From positions 4,079-68,078 of IMG/VR virus record IMGVR_UViG_3300045391_007588: a stretch of DNA of 64,000 nucleotides; one strand, 5' to 3'. The translations under genes were made by a program, and so were the position numbers. Origin of the DNA: a virus. Every line of letters begins with the position of its first letter. Position 1 is the first letter of the stretch. The notes under the pieces are model-generated. The model saw only the letters and a list, made by a program, of their open reading frames with translations, had not been told where the DNA came from and did not search any database. Shown one piece after another: positions 17,978-27,805 of the stretch.

Positions 17978-19477
17978 TCAATGAGAGTACTCAGACGGAC
18001 TACGGATATTGCCATTTACAACGAACACGAAAACCTTCGAAACGTAAATTGTTTGCCCGTCATGGCCGTGCGTGGCCACGTCAACGAGTCTCACGTCATT
18101 TCGAATGTCGCCTGTCGGTTGTGTTTTTTCTGTGAGGTCAAGCACCAAAACAACGCTGACCTGTCGTGCCTCGACACCTTCGTATTGAACCGGTTGCCGC
18201 GTATATTTCGCGCATATTTTTTCGCGACTGCCGACGTCCTTTTCGACTTTTAACTCCACGATTACTCCACGGTACCGGATATCAGCGCTGCCGCCGGCTT
18301 GGCTCGGATGTTCTTCCACGTCTTGTCCAAGCCGAAGGCGCAAGTCTTTTACGACGTTTCTCTGAAACTCTCGCTCACCGATCTCCGTCGTTTCCTTGAA
18401 GTAAGCGGACTGGGCGTAAGCCCCGAGAAGCGTGTTGAGTGCCTCCAGTAGCGGTATCAGTTCCTGCAGCTCATCTTTTACAGAGGGAGAATCCTTCACC
18501 AATTTTTCCAAGAGATCGGCAATGTGCTGGTCCATCCTCTGATAGCCGCTCATTATTCCTGCACGCTGGAGATCAACAACCTTAAACTCTAGCTGGCTAT
18601 CGCCGATGACCGGGACTTCGGAATACGAGCCGTCCAAATTCTTAAAAGCGCCTCGAACGGCGAACACGACATTTTCGGCCAGCATGCTCTGTGCCACTTT
18701 GAAACTGAGGTGCCCCGCAATCACCCCTTCGTATTCGAGTCTCTCGACCACGCTTGGTTTAGCCAAAGTAAACTCAGACGCCGAAAAATCGGTCATCGGA
18801 CATGTTGTAACAAGGTCAAGACATAGTTTTTCAGCGTCTTTTGGCCAAGCCGTTCCTCGAATGGAGAAATTCAGTGAGTACAACACGCTCGAACGAATGC
18901 GCATCGGCGACACAAGAGGATCGTTGTCAAGCGAGGCGGTTGCTTTGACGAGCGGCGGCGCACTCTCCTCCTCATCGTCGTCCGCGGAATGTCGCCGAGA
19001 ACCATACTTCCGATCCACCTTTTTCCAATACGTAACTGGAATGGCGAGCGTGCGAAGAAAGAAAAGCAGACCAGCAGTGTCAATAGACTTGTCGCTGTTT
19101 TGAAAAAAGCTCGGCTCTGCGGAGGTGCCATTTACTGCCAAATCCCTTATTGCTGCGAGGCATTCTTTCAGTTCGGCAATTAAGACGGATAGCCGCTCAC
19201 GCTCGCTTACGATGTCACCTTGGGCTCCACGAGCAATTTGCCGACAAATCGAGTCGCTCTTCAGGACGCGAAGGCTCGCGATCACAATTTTTATCGTCTC
19301 TAAACTGGAGTCGGCTGCTTTGGAGGCGTGCGACTCTAGTAACTCGATTAGCGCCGACACTTCTGTTACCCAATTGGCTTGGAAAGGGTCTTGTGACATC
19401 AGACCGCGAAATTTTGCAATCAGCAGGGTTGCGGAATAGGCAAGCCCTACGTCTATTCCATCACGCCACATTGTCAT
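17978..19477 (-). CDS. Protein with C-terminal PD-(D/E)xK restriction-endonuclease-like domain
   Basis: EREFQ...EEHPSQAGGSADIRYRGVIVELK...QPVQY motif series; ATGA-coupled to the upstream gene. Confidence 0.7.
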   Translation of the reverse strand: MTMWRDGIDVGLAYSATLLIAKFRGLMSQDPFQANWVTEVSALIELLESHASKAADSSLETIKIVIASLRVLKSDSICRQIARGAQGDIVSERERLSVLIAELKECLAAIRDLAVNGTSAEPSFFQNSDKSIDTAGLLFFLRTLAIPVTYWKKVDRKYGSRRHSADDDEEESAPPLVKATASLDNDPLVSPMRIRSSVLYSLNFSIRGTAWPKDAEKLCLDLVTTCPMTDFSASEFTLAKPSVVERLEYEGVIAGHLSFKVAQSMLAENVVFAVRGAFKNLDGSYSEVPVIGDSQLEFKVVDLQRAGIMSGYQRMDQHIADLLEKLVKDSPSVKDELQELIPLLEALNTLLGAYAQSAYFKETTEIGEREFQRNVVKDLRLRLGQDVEEHPSQAGGSADIRYRGVIVELKVEKDVGSREKICAKYTRQPVQYEGVEARQVSVVLVLDLTEKTQPTGDIRNDVRLVDVATHGHDGQTIYVSKVFVFVVNGNIRSPSEYSH

Positions 19478-22065
19478 TCCTTGTTCAGGCTCGCGAATAG
19501 CTTGTCAGCCGCTACTTCATCTCGCTTTTGAAGCTTAGAGTTGGCTGCCGCGACACTGGCCAATTGATTCAGGGTGTTTGCAAACTGCTCGGAACTTCGC
19601 TCTCCTTCGAGTCCTCGCTGGGCTGCAATCAGTGTGTCATGTTCGGCATCAAAATCGAAATGTTCAGAGAAAATGCTGGCAAAATGTAGAGACTCCCATG
19701 CATCCTTCTGAGCCAGAGCGGTTGCCGCGGAAACCAATTGAGGCCGCAGCGAGGGATACACTGAATTTGGAATCTGGCTGAGCCATTCAAACATGTATGC
19801 GCGATGGCAAGACTCGTAGCTGTTGTAGCGATCACGATCGTATTTCGTCAGGCAATGTAGAAGTAGCTTGGCCACGTGGACCGAACCACGTTCACCAGGG
19901 TCGACGTATCTAATAATCTCTTCTGCCATCTTCTCGTCGATCAAGTATTCGGATGTTGGTAAAACTGCCAGCACATACGAAAGACCATACGGCCATAGCT
20001 CGTCATGTCGTTTCGAAACGCTCAGCGTTGTCTCGCAAATATCCTCGAGATCGTAGGGCTGGTCCTTGTACGCCCCGAGTAGACCGGCCAATGCATTGAG
20101 TGCCTCAATTGCCTGGCCAGTTGTCAACCACCGCGAATTGCGCTGAAGAGCTCGGACTGCAGATTGATGTACGATGACATAGCGGTCACGAAGATGGACA
20201 AGAAGTACGTCAACGACGTTTCTGGGTGGGCACGACGACGAGTGACGATACATCTCCACAACAGCTCGAATACCCGACGCGCGTACAAGCGTCGATTCAT
20301 AGTCCATCAAGGCGTTCATCATTACAGGCAGTACGCGCGGAGCAACAACATAGTCTTTGCCAGCTTCACCCAAGAGAGAAATCAGATCGCTTTTGAATTT
20401 TTCGTTGCCCTTTGTCGGAAGCGCGAGATATGACTTAACTATTGAATCAGCAACGACCGCAGGGCGGTCTTCCGCCAGGGATTTCAGACATTCGAGCTGC
20501 TTGTGCTTGAAGGCATCCCATTCTTGTTTTCGGTTAACCTGTTCAAAGTGCCTCGCCAACTTGTCGTCCTCGACTGACTGTCCCGGCAAGACGAGCTTTT
20601 GCCGGGGCGGCGGCGGTGCGTCAACCTGACAAAGCAGTGCAAACTGTCCCAGAAAGTGTTCAAAGTGCGGAAGTACCAGGTCAGGGAAATCACGGCACGC
20701 GGCTTCGATCGCCTCGCCAGCTTCTCGCCGTGTCGAAGGTTCAAGAGAGCAATCACCTTGAAACTCGATGCACCGCGCGAGCGCGATTTTCCTCGCCTCG
20801 CCGGGCTCGGCCGGCTTGCGTTCGCGTTTGGGGCGCCAAACAGAATCTCGCGGTCCGCGAAGCACGGCCGTATACACCTCAATGATTTCTTCCTGAACCG
20901 CTGGCCGTTTTGCCTTGATTGCTAGAGCGAGGTATTCATCCACCTTTTGCGGCCATCGGGAAAAACAGTCTGCGATGCACTCTTCAGCCTTGCCATCTGC
21001 ACTGCCCATGTACACGTCATCGGGAAGGTCCAGCGCATCGACGAGTGATTTAAGCAGATCAACGCCGACCTGCGGCCTCAATTGCTGAAGCAAGCCAAGA
21101 GCTCCGCACGTGTTTACACGAACGTATTTATCTTCACTTCGTAGCAATTGTTCAAAGATAGAAATCACACTTTGGGGCTCGGCGTCGTAGGATCGAGCAA
21201 GCAACTCGGTGTTCGACTCAAACGTAGAGCGGACATTTTCCCTGCTACCGATCGAAACCGTATGCCGCTGACTTGTAATCAGACGAACTATCTGGTCCTT
21301 ATCGAGTGGGTAGCGAACAGTCTGTTTTGCCTGAACGAGCACACTCGCGGCTTGCTCGGGGTGAACTTTGATTGCGGCACTCGCCGCGGCGACGATACGC
21401 TCCGCGAGATCATTCCGACGCGATACCAGTTCGGCGCAGACTGGCAGGCAGCACGCGCCAAATTCACTCGTTTTCGACTGCTCAATAAGAAGATCGATAC
21501 CGACCGACGGGAACAGCTCGGCACCAATTTTTGCCGACTGAACTAAGAGCTCCTGCACCTTTGCTTTAGATGCTTGATCCTCATCGAACAATCCCTCAAT
21601 AAACTCAAGTATCTGGCGAGCATTCAATTCGGAGGTTTTTTTTGCGCGACGCGGTAGCTCCCGGAGTTCTGCCCGAATAAGCTTACGTTGCTCTTCGCGT
21701 TCCCTTGTCACGCGTTCCTGTTCGCGTTGTCGCCGTTCGTGCTCATTGATGATGGCCATGCCCCATGCCGGATTGCCATTCGGTTCATGATGGGGACAAC
21801 CCGCACAATAATCGCACAAGAACTTAGGTACGATCCACGGCAGATTCATCGATTCGGTTTCACCTTCCGCATACCTACACGAGATTCGGTGGCTGCCGAT
21901 TGGAAGGCCGGACATTTCCGCGAGTAGTCCTGCAGAAACCATTTCAATGCGAATGTGCTTGCACCACTGGCGAGCGCTTTTAATGTGCTCTGCGTTGCGT
22001 TCCCCAAGTTCGTACTTTTTGTCCAAGTCGCGGCGGTGAGACTCATTCAGCTTGCCCATGCCCAT
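19474..22065 (-). CDS. HEAT/ARM-repeat protein with N-terminal Cys/His cluster
   Basis: CKH...HRISC...CDYCAGCPHH, coiled coil, then repeats such as DKYVRVNTCGALG, STLVRASGIRAV, YVIVHQSAVRAL. Confidence 0.75.
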   Translation of the reverse strand: MGMGKLNESHRRDLDKKYELGERNAEHIKSARQWCKHIRIEMVSAGLLAEMSGLPIGSHRISCRYAEGETESMNLPWIVPKFLCDYCAGCPHHEPNGNPAWGMAIINEHERRQREQERVTREREEQRKLIRAELRELPRRAKKTSELNARQILEFIEGLFDEDQASKAKVQELLVQSAKIGAELFPSVGIDLLIEQSKTSEFGACCLPVCAELVSRRNDLAERIVAAASAAIKVHPEQAASVLVQAKQTVRYPLDKDQIVRLITSQRHTVSIGSRENVRSTFESNTELLARSYDAEPQSVISIFEQLLRSEDKYVRVNTCGALGLLQQLRPQVGVDLLKSLVDALDLPDDVYMGSADGKAEECIADCFSRWPQKVDEYLALAIKAKRPAVQEEIIEVYTAVLRGPRDSVWRPKRERKPAEPGEARKIALARCIEFQGDCSLEPSTRREAGEAIEAACRDFPDLVLPHFEHFLGQFALLCQVDAPPPPRQKLVLPGQSVEDDKLARHFEQVNRKQEWDAFKHKQLECLKSLAEDRPAVVADSIVKSYLALPTKGNEKFKSDLISLLGEAGKDYVVAPRVLPVMMNALMDYESTLVRASGIRAVVEMYRHSSSCPPRNVVDVLLVHLRDRYVIVHQSAVRALQRNSRWLTTGQAIEALNALAGLLGAYKDQPYDLEDICETTLSVSKRHDELWPYGLSYVLAVLPTSEYLIDEKMAEEIIRYVDPGERGSVHVAKLLLHCLTKYDRDRYNSYESCHRAYMFEWLSQIPNSVYPSLRPQLVSAATALAQKDAWESLHFASIFSEHFDFDAEHDTLIAAQRGLEGERSSEQFANTLNQLASVAAANSKLQKRDEVAADKLFASLNKE

Positions 22066-22516
22066 AGCAGACCTCCTTGCAATCGGAGCGAGCCGATGGC
22101 TAATCCAATGATGTTCCTTCAGGTTCGGGCTTTCATCTTACTTCATACGACTTTCTAACCCAGTCCAAAGAGCTACAGTCGAACGCGTTCGAGGTTCACC
22201 TTGAGCTCTCTCGCGCGACTTATTTTAGTCCCCGCCCGCTCTCGTGACTCCCGGCCCGAGATCTTCGCGCGTACAAGCGTTGCGCTGGTGCCTGCCATAC
22301 CTGCTCACTGCTAGTTACCGAGAGCTGACAGAGGGCGTCCTTCATGCGGAATACCAGTCTCGCATTTTCCAATTCGCCAATGCGGGTATAATGATGGGAG
22401 TACGTCCCGTCAGTGGCAGGCATTTTCTGGTCCGCCTGCCCGCCGCGCCGGTCTTTCCAGCGCCGCTCTCCGCATCTCGGAGCAACCAGCACGAAACCTC
22501 GTGCCCTTGCTCCATC

Positions 22517-23815
22517 ATGAAAATCGAACTCTGGCCCATTAACCGGGTCACGCCCTACGACCGCAATCCGCGGATTAACGACTCGGCAGTCGATTACGTA
22601 GCCGCCTCAATCCGTGCATTTGGCTTCCGCCAGCCAATCGTCGTCGACACGAACGGCGTCATTGTCGTCGGCCATACCCGGTGGAAAGCGGCCCAGAAAC
22701 TGGGTTTGACTCAAGTTCCAGTCCACGTCGCCCAGGATTTAACGCCTGAACAGATCAAGGCCTATCGCATCGCCGACAATAAGACCAACGAGCTGGGCGA
22801 GTGGGACGCGACGCTGTTACCGCTGGAACTGGCTGATCTCCAGGCGTTGAACTTCGACCTTTCGCTCCTTGGCTTCAGCTCCGACGAACTCAGCGAGTGG
22901 CTCGATCCGGGTGTCCAGACAGGTCAGTGCGATCCCGACGACATTCCCGCGCCGCCGGACGACGCCGTTACGAAGTCCGGCGACCTGTGGCTTTTAGGTG
23001 ATCATCGCCTGCTCTGCGGCGATTCGAGCAAGCCCGAGGACGTGGATCGATTGCTCGACGGGGCCGCGATTCACCTGGTCAATACTGACCCGCCATACAA
23101 CGTGAAAGTCGAGCCCCGGAGCAACAATGCGATCGCCGCAGGACTGAGCTCGTTCGCTAACACCCACCATCAAGGGCTCGACCTAGCTCGCCATCCGGGC
23201 AAGTCCAAACCGACGCAGAAGAAACTGCGGGCCAAAGACCGTCCGCTCGCCAATGATTTTGTTAGCGACACGCAGTTCGACAAACTGCTTACTGCTTGGT
23301 TCGGCAACATGGCGCGCGTGCTGGCGCCTGGCCGGAGCTTCTATATCTGGGGCGGCTATGCCAACTGCGGCAACTATCCGCCCGTGCTCAAAGCGAGCGG
23401 TCTGTTCTTCAGCCAGGCCGTCATCTGGGTGAAAGAGCACCCGGTCCTCACGCGCAAAGACTTCATGGGCAATCATGAATGGGCATTCTACGGCTGGCGC
23501 GAGGGCGCTGGGCACCGATTCTTCGGCCCCAACAATGTGCCCGACGTCTGGTCGGTAAAGAAGTTGCATTCCAGCAAGATGGTCCATTTGACGGAGAAGC
23601 CAGTCGAGCTGGCAGTCCGGGCCATGCAATATTCCTCTCGCGCTGGCGAGAACGTGCTGGACATGTTCGGAGGAAGCGGAAGCACGCTGATCGCGGCCCA
23701 GCAGACGAGCCGCAAAGCGTTCCTCATGGAACTCGATCCGTTGTATTGCGACGTGATCGTCGAGCGTTTTGAGAAGTTCTCGGGAAAGAAGGCAGAACGG
23801 CAGGTGGCCGCGTGA
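22517..23815 (+). CDS. ParB/Srx domain fused to N6A/N4C DNA methyltransferase (beta class)
   Basis: PYDRNPR...GFRQPIVVD...GHTR ParB domain; TDPPYN motif IV precedes LDMFGGSGST motif I. Confidence 0.9.
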   Translation: MKIELWPINRVTPYDRNPRINDSAVDYVAASIRAFGFRQPIVVDTNGVIVVGHTRWKAAQKLGLTQVPVHVAQDLTPEQIKAYRIADNKTNELGEWDATLLPLELADLQALNFDLSLLGFSSDELSEWLDPGVQTGQCDPDDIPAPPDDAVTKSGDLWLLGDHRLLCGDSSKPEDVDRLLDGAAIHLVNTDPPYNVKVEPRSNNAIAAGLSSFANTHHQGLDLARHPGKSKPTQKKLRAKDRPLANDFVSDTQFDKLLTAWFGNMARVLAPGRSFYIWGGYANCGNYPPVLKASGLFFSQAVIWVKEHPVLTRKDFMGNHEWAFYGWREGAGHRFFGPNNVPDVWSVKKLHSSKMVHLTEKPVELAVRAMQYSSRAGENVLDMFGGSGSTLIAAQQTSRKAFLMELDPLYCDVIVERFEKFSGKKAERQVAA

Positions 23816-24138
23816 TCTACCTCGCCAGCCCATATTCTCATCCCGATCCGCTGTTTCGCGAAGCACGATTCCAAGCTGCGTGCCACGCCACGGCTCAACT
23901 TATCCGCGCTGGCCACTCGGTGTTCTCGCCCATCGTGCACGGGCACCCTTTAGCTCGTTTCGGCCTCCCGACCGATTGGGCTTTTTGGCAGCGATTTGAC
24001 GAGGAGCACGTGAAGCGATGCGACGCGTTGCTCGTCCTGCAGATCGAGGGTTGGCGGGAAAGCGAAGGCGTCCAGGCTGAGATAGCGCTGGCGACTTCGC
24101 TGGGAATGCAAGTCGGCCACTTGGAGCCCGCTCAATGA
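23812..24138 (+). CDS. DUF1937 family protein
   Basis: MIYLASPYSHPD...VFSPIVHGH...W..SEGVQAEI. Confidence 0.8.
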   Translation: MIYLASPYSHPDPLFREARFQAACHATAQLIRAGHSVFSPIVHGHPLARFGLPTDWAFWQRFDEEHVKRCDALLVLQIEGWRESEGVQAEIALATSLGMQVGHLEPAQ

Positions 24139-24437
24139 TGCTATCGACGATTGTCGGGATCGAAGCAGAACGGCGACACTTCATCAAAGCTCGCGAAGCG
24201 GGTGCCTTTCTGCGTTGCGCGGTCACTTCTGACCACGTGAATGATCAAGCCAATCGATTAGAGAATCTGAAATGGCTGGACTCGAATTCACAGGAACTCA
24301 CTTGGTTTGTAGTGCTTTCACTTGGACGCCCACGTTCGCCACGTCCCGGGGCGGCCCCACGATTGGTCCGTCGTCCAACCAACGAGAAAGAGGCCCGTTT
24401 CCGGGCCTCCAGGGCGACGACGGGCCGTTCCTGCGCC

Positions 24438-24734
24438 CTATTTCGACGAGAACTTTCCGCGTTCCGCCTTCACGAAACGCGAGTCTTTTCCCTTGACGTT
24501 GATTTCGCGAATGATGGCGCTATAGAGCGTGGCATGCGGCGTCTTGCCGCCAGGACTAGTCCACAGCCCTTGCTGGGCCATCGCCTCGATCATTTCTTTG
24601 GCGGTCATGGGGCCCTTCGCGCCGGCGAGCATCTGCGCGGCTGCGTTGACGGCGCTGAGCTTTTTCTCCTTCGGCGCTTTGCCCCCCTTTGCCTTCGTGG
24701 TCGTCTTGGCTTTGCTGCTCTTTTTCGCGGACAT
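24438..24734 (-). CDS. HARE-HTH-type winged-helix protein with Lys-rich N-tail
   Basis: MSAKKSSKAKTTTKAKGGK then LSAVNAAAQML...GKTPHATLYSAI.REI...RF. Confidence 0.7.
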   Translation of the reverse strand: MSAKKSSKAKTTTKAKGGKAPKEKKLSAVNAAAQMLAGAKGPMTAKEMIEAMAQQGLWTSPGGKTPHATLYSAIIREINVKGKDSRFVKAERGKFSSK

Positions 24735-24880
24735 GATCAGTCTCCGTGCTTGAGGTATGTGGGCGTCGCCACAGCGGCAATGCCTCACATCGACAGTCAG
24801 TTACCTCAGCTTCGCGGCCACATCCAGCCAATTCCGGCTCGAATTCCCAATGTTTTTCGGCCTGGCGCAGGAGGCTAAAC

Positions 24881-25567
24881 ATGAGCGTGACGCCGGCTCG
24901 AAAACTGGCCATCCTGCAGCGCCGGCAGAAGGTAGCCGACCTCTTGCTGCAAAGTTGGACGCAGGACGCGATCGCACAGGAACTGGGGATTAGCCAAGCG
25001 CAGATCGCGGCTGACCTCAAAAAGATTCGGCGGGCCTGGCAAGAATCGTCGATCCGGGATTTTGACGCCGCCAGGGATTTAGAACTGGAACGCCTCGGAC
25101 GGATCGAGCGCGAGGCTTGGGCTGCCTGGCAGCGCTCGCAGCAGCCCAGCCAATCGGCTACGGTCGACGGCCCGACCGGTTCGCAGAAAGCCCGACGAAC
25201 CATGAAACACCAATACGGCGATCCCCGCTTTCTCGATATCGCCCTGCGGTGCAACGAGGCCCGTCGCAAGATTCTGGGGATCGATGCCCCCTCCAAAATC
25301 GCGCCCACGACGCCGGACGGTCAGCCCCTGACTGTCGAGGAGCGTCGGATTCACATCAACGCCATCCTCACCGAGCAGTTTGGCATCGCGGCCATAGTCC
25401 CGAGTAATGACGCGGAGGAACCAGAGGATGAAAGCCGAACGACTGAGAAAGCTGTTGGAGAACATGACGGACGAGGAACTGGCCCGCTTGAGTCCGCTCT
25501 CAGCTCAAGCGACGCGGACCCGCCGTCCTCATCCGCGACAGGCGGAGTTTCTTGGGCTCAATTGTGA
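24881..25567 (+). CDS. HTH protein, putative terminase small subunit
   Basis: GGAGG RBS; WTQDAIAQELGISQAQIAADL HTH; immediately upstream of the large subunit. Confidence 0.6.
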   Translation: MSVTPARKLAILQRRQKVADLLLQSWTQDAIAQELGISQAQIAADLKKIRRAWQESSIRDFDAARDLELERLGRIEREAWAAWQRSQQPSQSATVDGPTGSQKARRTMKHQYGDPRFLDIALRCNEARRKILGIDAPSKIAPTTPDGQPLTVEERRIHINAILTEQFGIAAIVPSNDAEEPEDESRTTEKAVGEHDGRGTGPLESALSSSDADPPSSSATGGVSWAQL

Positions 25568-26942
25568 AGAAGCTCTCTACGGCGGTGCCGCCGGCGGAGG
25601 CAAGACCGAGGCGCTTCTGATGTGGCTGGCGCAAGGGATCACAGTCCCCGGTTATTCGGCCGTTTTCTTTCGCCGCACCTACGCCCAGCTGGCTAAGTCG
25701 AACGATTCACCACTGACCAAGTCGCACGACCTGTTTCGGCCGTTGGGCGGTAAATACAAAGCCAGCGAATACCGCTGGAACTTTCCCAGCGGCGCGTCGA
25801 TCGAGTTTGGCCACCTCCAGCACGAGATGAGCGTGATGGACTACCAAGGCCCCGCGTATCATCGGGTCGCCTTTGACGAGTTGACCCAGTTCTCGGAGCA
25901 ACAGTATCTGTATCTTTTCAGCCGGATGCGGATGCGGAAGGATTTTCCGATCAAGATGGGCGTTCGCGCGGCCAGTAACCCCGGTGGTCCGGGTCATACG
26001 TGGGTCCGGCAGCGGTTCATTACTCTGGACGCCGAGAAGGCCGTCCAAACGCTAGGCGCCTACCAACCGAGCCCGCTTGGGCTAGTTTTCTGGCCGGCTC
26101 CTGACCGGGCGTTTGTTCCGGCGCGGGTTGCCGACAATCCGTCCCTGGACATCGAAGATTACGTGGGACGCCTCCGAACGCAACTGCCGCCCGTACTCAG
26201 GCAGCGACTACTTAACGGCGACTGGTCCATTGTGGAAGACGCGGCCATCCGCCTGGATTGGCTCCGCTATTACGAAATGCGAGGAGAGATGTTGGTACCG
26301 CTTGATGCCACAGGCAAGTCGATTGACACCGTCGACTGCCGCGAATGTCAGCGGTTCGCCACGATCGATACGGCGGGCACAAGCAGGCAGAAGGCGGCCG
26401 AGCGCAAGGGAAAGCCCGCGAGTTGGTCGGTTTGCCAGATCTGGGAATACTGGCCCAAGCCCAAGTTTCTGTTCCTGCGCCACGTTTGGCGGGACCGCGT
26501 GGGCTGGGACGGCCTGAAGTCCGCTGTTCGCCACACCCTGAGCCAGTGGCAACCCAAGCGGGTGCTGATCGAAAATGCCCATCACGGGCCACCCCTCAAG
26601 GCAGAGTTATCAGGCTTTCCCACCGAACTCGTTAGTCCTGTGCCTTCTGGTGTTCGGGGCGAAGAGGGCAAGCCAGGCAAACTGGAGCGAGCCACAACAC
26701 TGCTCACCAAGCTGGAGAAAGGCGAGGTGTTCTTGCCTCGTTATAACAACCAATGGCTCCCGGAATTGGAGGCCGAATGGCTCGCTTGGACCGGCTTGGA
26801 TGACGAAACAAGCGACCAGGTCGATGCAGCAGCCTATGCCGCCCGGCACGCAACGGGGAATTGCGCGGTGATGCTATGGGCCCCCATAAGTGTGCCTCGG
26901 AATACTTACGGCTCCCTCAATTGGAACTGGCCCAATGGCTGA
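25428..26942 (+). CDS. Terminase large subunit (Terminase_6-like)
   Basis: GGAAGGGKT Walker A, VAFDELTQF Walker B, ASNPGG, IDTAG and SDQVDA RNase H-like acidic residues. Confidence 0.9.
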   Translation: MKAERLRKLLENMTDEELARLSPLSAQATRTRRPHPRQAEFLGLNCEEALYGGAAGGGKTEALLMWLAQGITVPGYSAVFFRRTYAQLAKSNDSPLTKSHDLFRPLGGKYKASEYRWNFPSGASIEFGHLQHEMSVMDYQGPAYHRVAFDELTQFSEQQYLYLFSRMRMRKDFPIKMGVRAASNPGGPGHTWVRQRFITLDAEKAVQTLGAYQPSPLGLVFWPAPDRAFVPARVADNPSLDIEDYVGRLRTQLPPVLRQRLLNGDWSIVEDAAIRLDWLRYYEMRGEMLVPLDATGKSIDTVDCRECQRFATIDTAGTSRQKAAERKGKPASWSVCQIWEYWPKPKFLFLRHVWRDRVGWDGLKSAVRHTLSQWQPKRVLIENAHHGPPLKAELSGFPTELVSPVPSGVRGEEGKPGKLERATTLLTKLEKGEVFLPRYNNQWLPELEAEWLAWTGLDDETSDQVDAAAYAARHATGNCAVMLWAPISVPRNTYGSLNWNWPNG

Positions 26943-27131
26943 TTGTGCATGTGCGCAACTCGCGGTCATTATCAGCGCCCATGGTTATCAGTTACCCGGC
27001 TTTGCGGGGGGATGCTGGAAGATGGTAACCATTTCCTTGAAAGTGGTTACCAGTTTGGCGCTTGAGGTGCGGCGCACGTCGAGGTAACTGTGCGAGCGCT
27101 GGATTTTTATTCAACGCTCGGAGATTCCTCG

Positions 27132-27782
27132 ATGCACGCCTACTCCACCTGGAACATCGACGCCTCGCAGATCTTGTCGCGTCGAGAATTGGACACAGTG
27201 CTGCGTGATCTGAAGCGCCGCGCCACTCGATTGCCAAACGTCCAAATGAATCTGGCTATCCTGCGCCTCGCCTGTTGCTGCGGTCTACGGGCCAGTGAGA
27301 TCGGCGGACTTCGACTCGGGGACGTGCGCGTCGATGTCGGGCGACCACATCTCCTGATTCGAGCCGAGCACGCCAAGCTCATGCGTCCGCGCCGCATTCC
27401 ACTGTGGTGGGACGCGGGAACTCTGGCCGACCTAACTGCGTGGCGCAATTATCGGCACGCTCAAGGCGCGAAGCGGGGCGATCCTTTCATCTGCTCGCTA
27501 CGGCATGCAACCATGGGCGATCATCTCAATCGCCACGTCCTGCGCCGTCGTTTCCACACGGCCTGCCGCGTACTGGGTTGGGATCGACTGCGCACCCTGA
27601 CAATTCACCACGGTCGGCATACCTTTATTAGCCATGCACTTGCCGGCGGACGGAGCCTTGCTGAGGTGAAGGCAGCAGCAGGACACGCGAGTCTGCTGAC
27701 CACGAGCGTTTACCTGCACGTGGTGGTGGATGAGCCTGAGGAATTGGGATCGCTTTTTGCCCCAACGTACACCGTGGATTAG
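27132..27782 (+). CDS. Minimal tyrosine recombinase (catalytic domain only, 216 aa)
   Basis: GLRASE (Arg), IHHGRH (HxxR), AGHASLLTTSVY (His/Tyr); no arm-binding or core-binding domain. Confidence 0.9.
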   Translation: MHAYSTWNIDASQILSRRELDTVLRDLKRRATRLPNVQMNLAILRLACCCGLRASEIGGLRLGDVRVDVGRPHLLIRAEHAKLMRPRRIPLWWDAGTLADLTAWRNYRHAQGAKRGDPFICSLRHATMGDHLNRHVLRRRFHTACRVLGWDRLRTLTIHHGRHTFISHALAGGRSLAEVKAAAGHASLLTTSVYLHVVVDEPEELGSLFAPTYTVD

Positions 27783-27805
27783 CGGCTGGATTTGGCGGTC
27801 GATAT
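27442..27805 (+). repeat. 364-bp direct repeat, copy 1 (recombinase 3' half plus 23 bp downstream)
   Basis: Aligns without gaps to 52959-53322. Confidence 0.9.

Larger units (their letters stand above)
10781..27805 (+). mobile_element. Phage-satellite-like / defective prophage element 2 (boundaries approximate)
   Basis: DUF2924 + serine recombinase, primase-helicase, origin-like repeats, ParB-MTase, terminase and tyrosine recombinase; no portal, capsid or tail genes seen. Confidence 0.65.

Noticed and set aside
24135-24878. 247-aa ORF on +
   Set aside because: Shadow of the HARE-HTH gene on the opposite strand; Arg-rich, non-protein-like composition
25428-25567. Programmed frameshift fusing TerS and TerL
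   Set aside because: The 140-nt overlap is explained by TerL having its own RBS and ATG at 25428; no slippery sequence is evident
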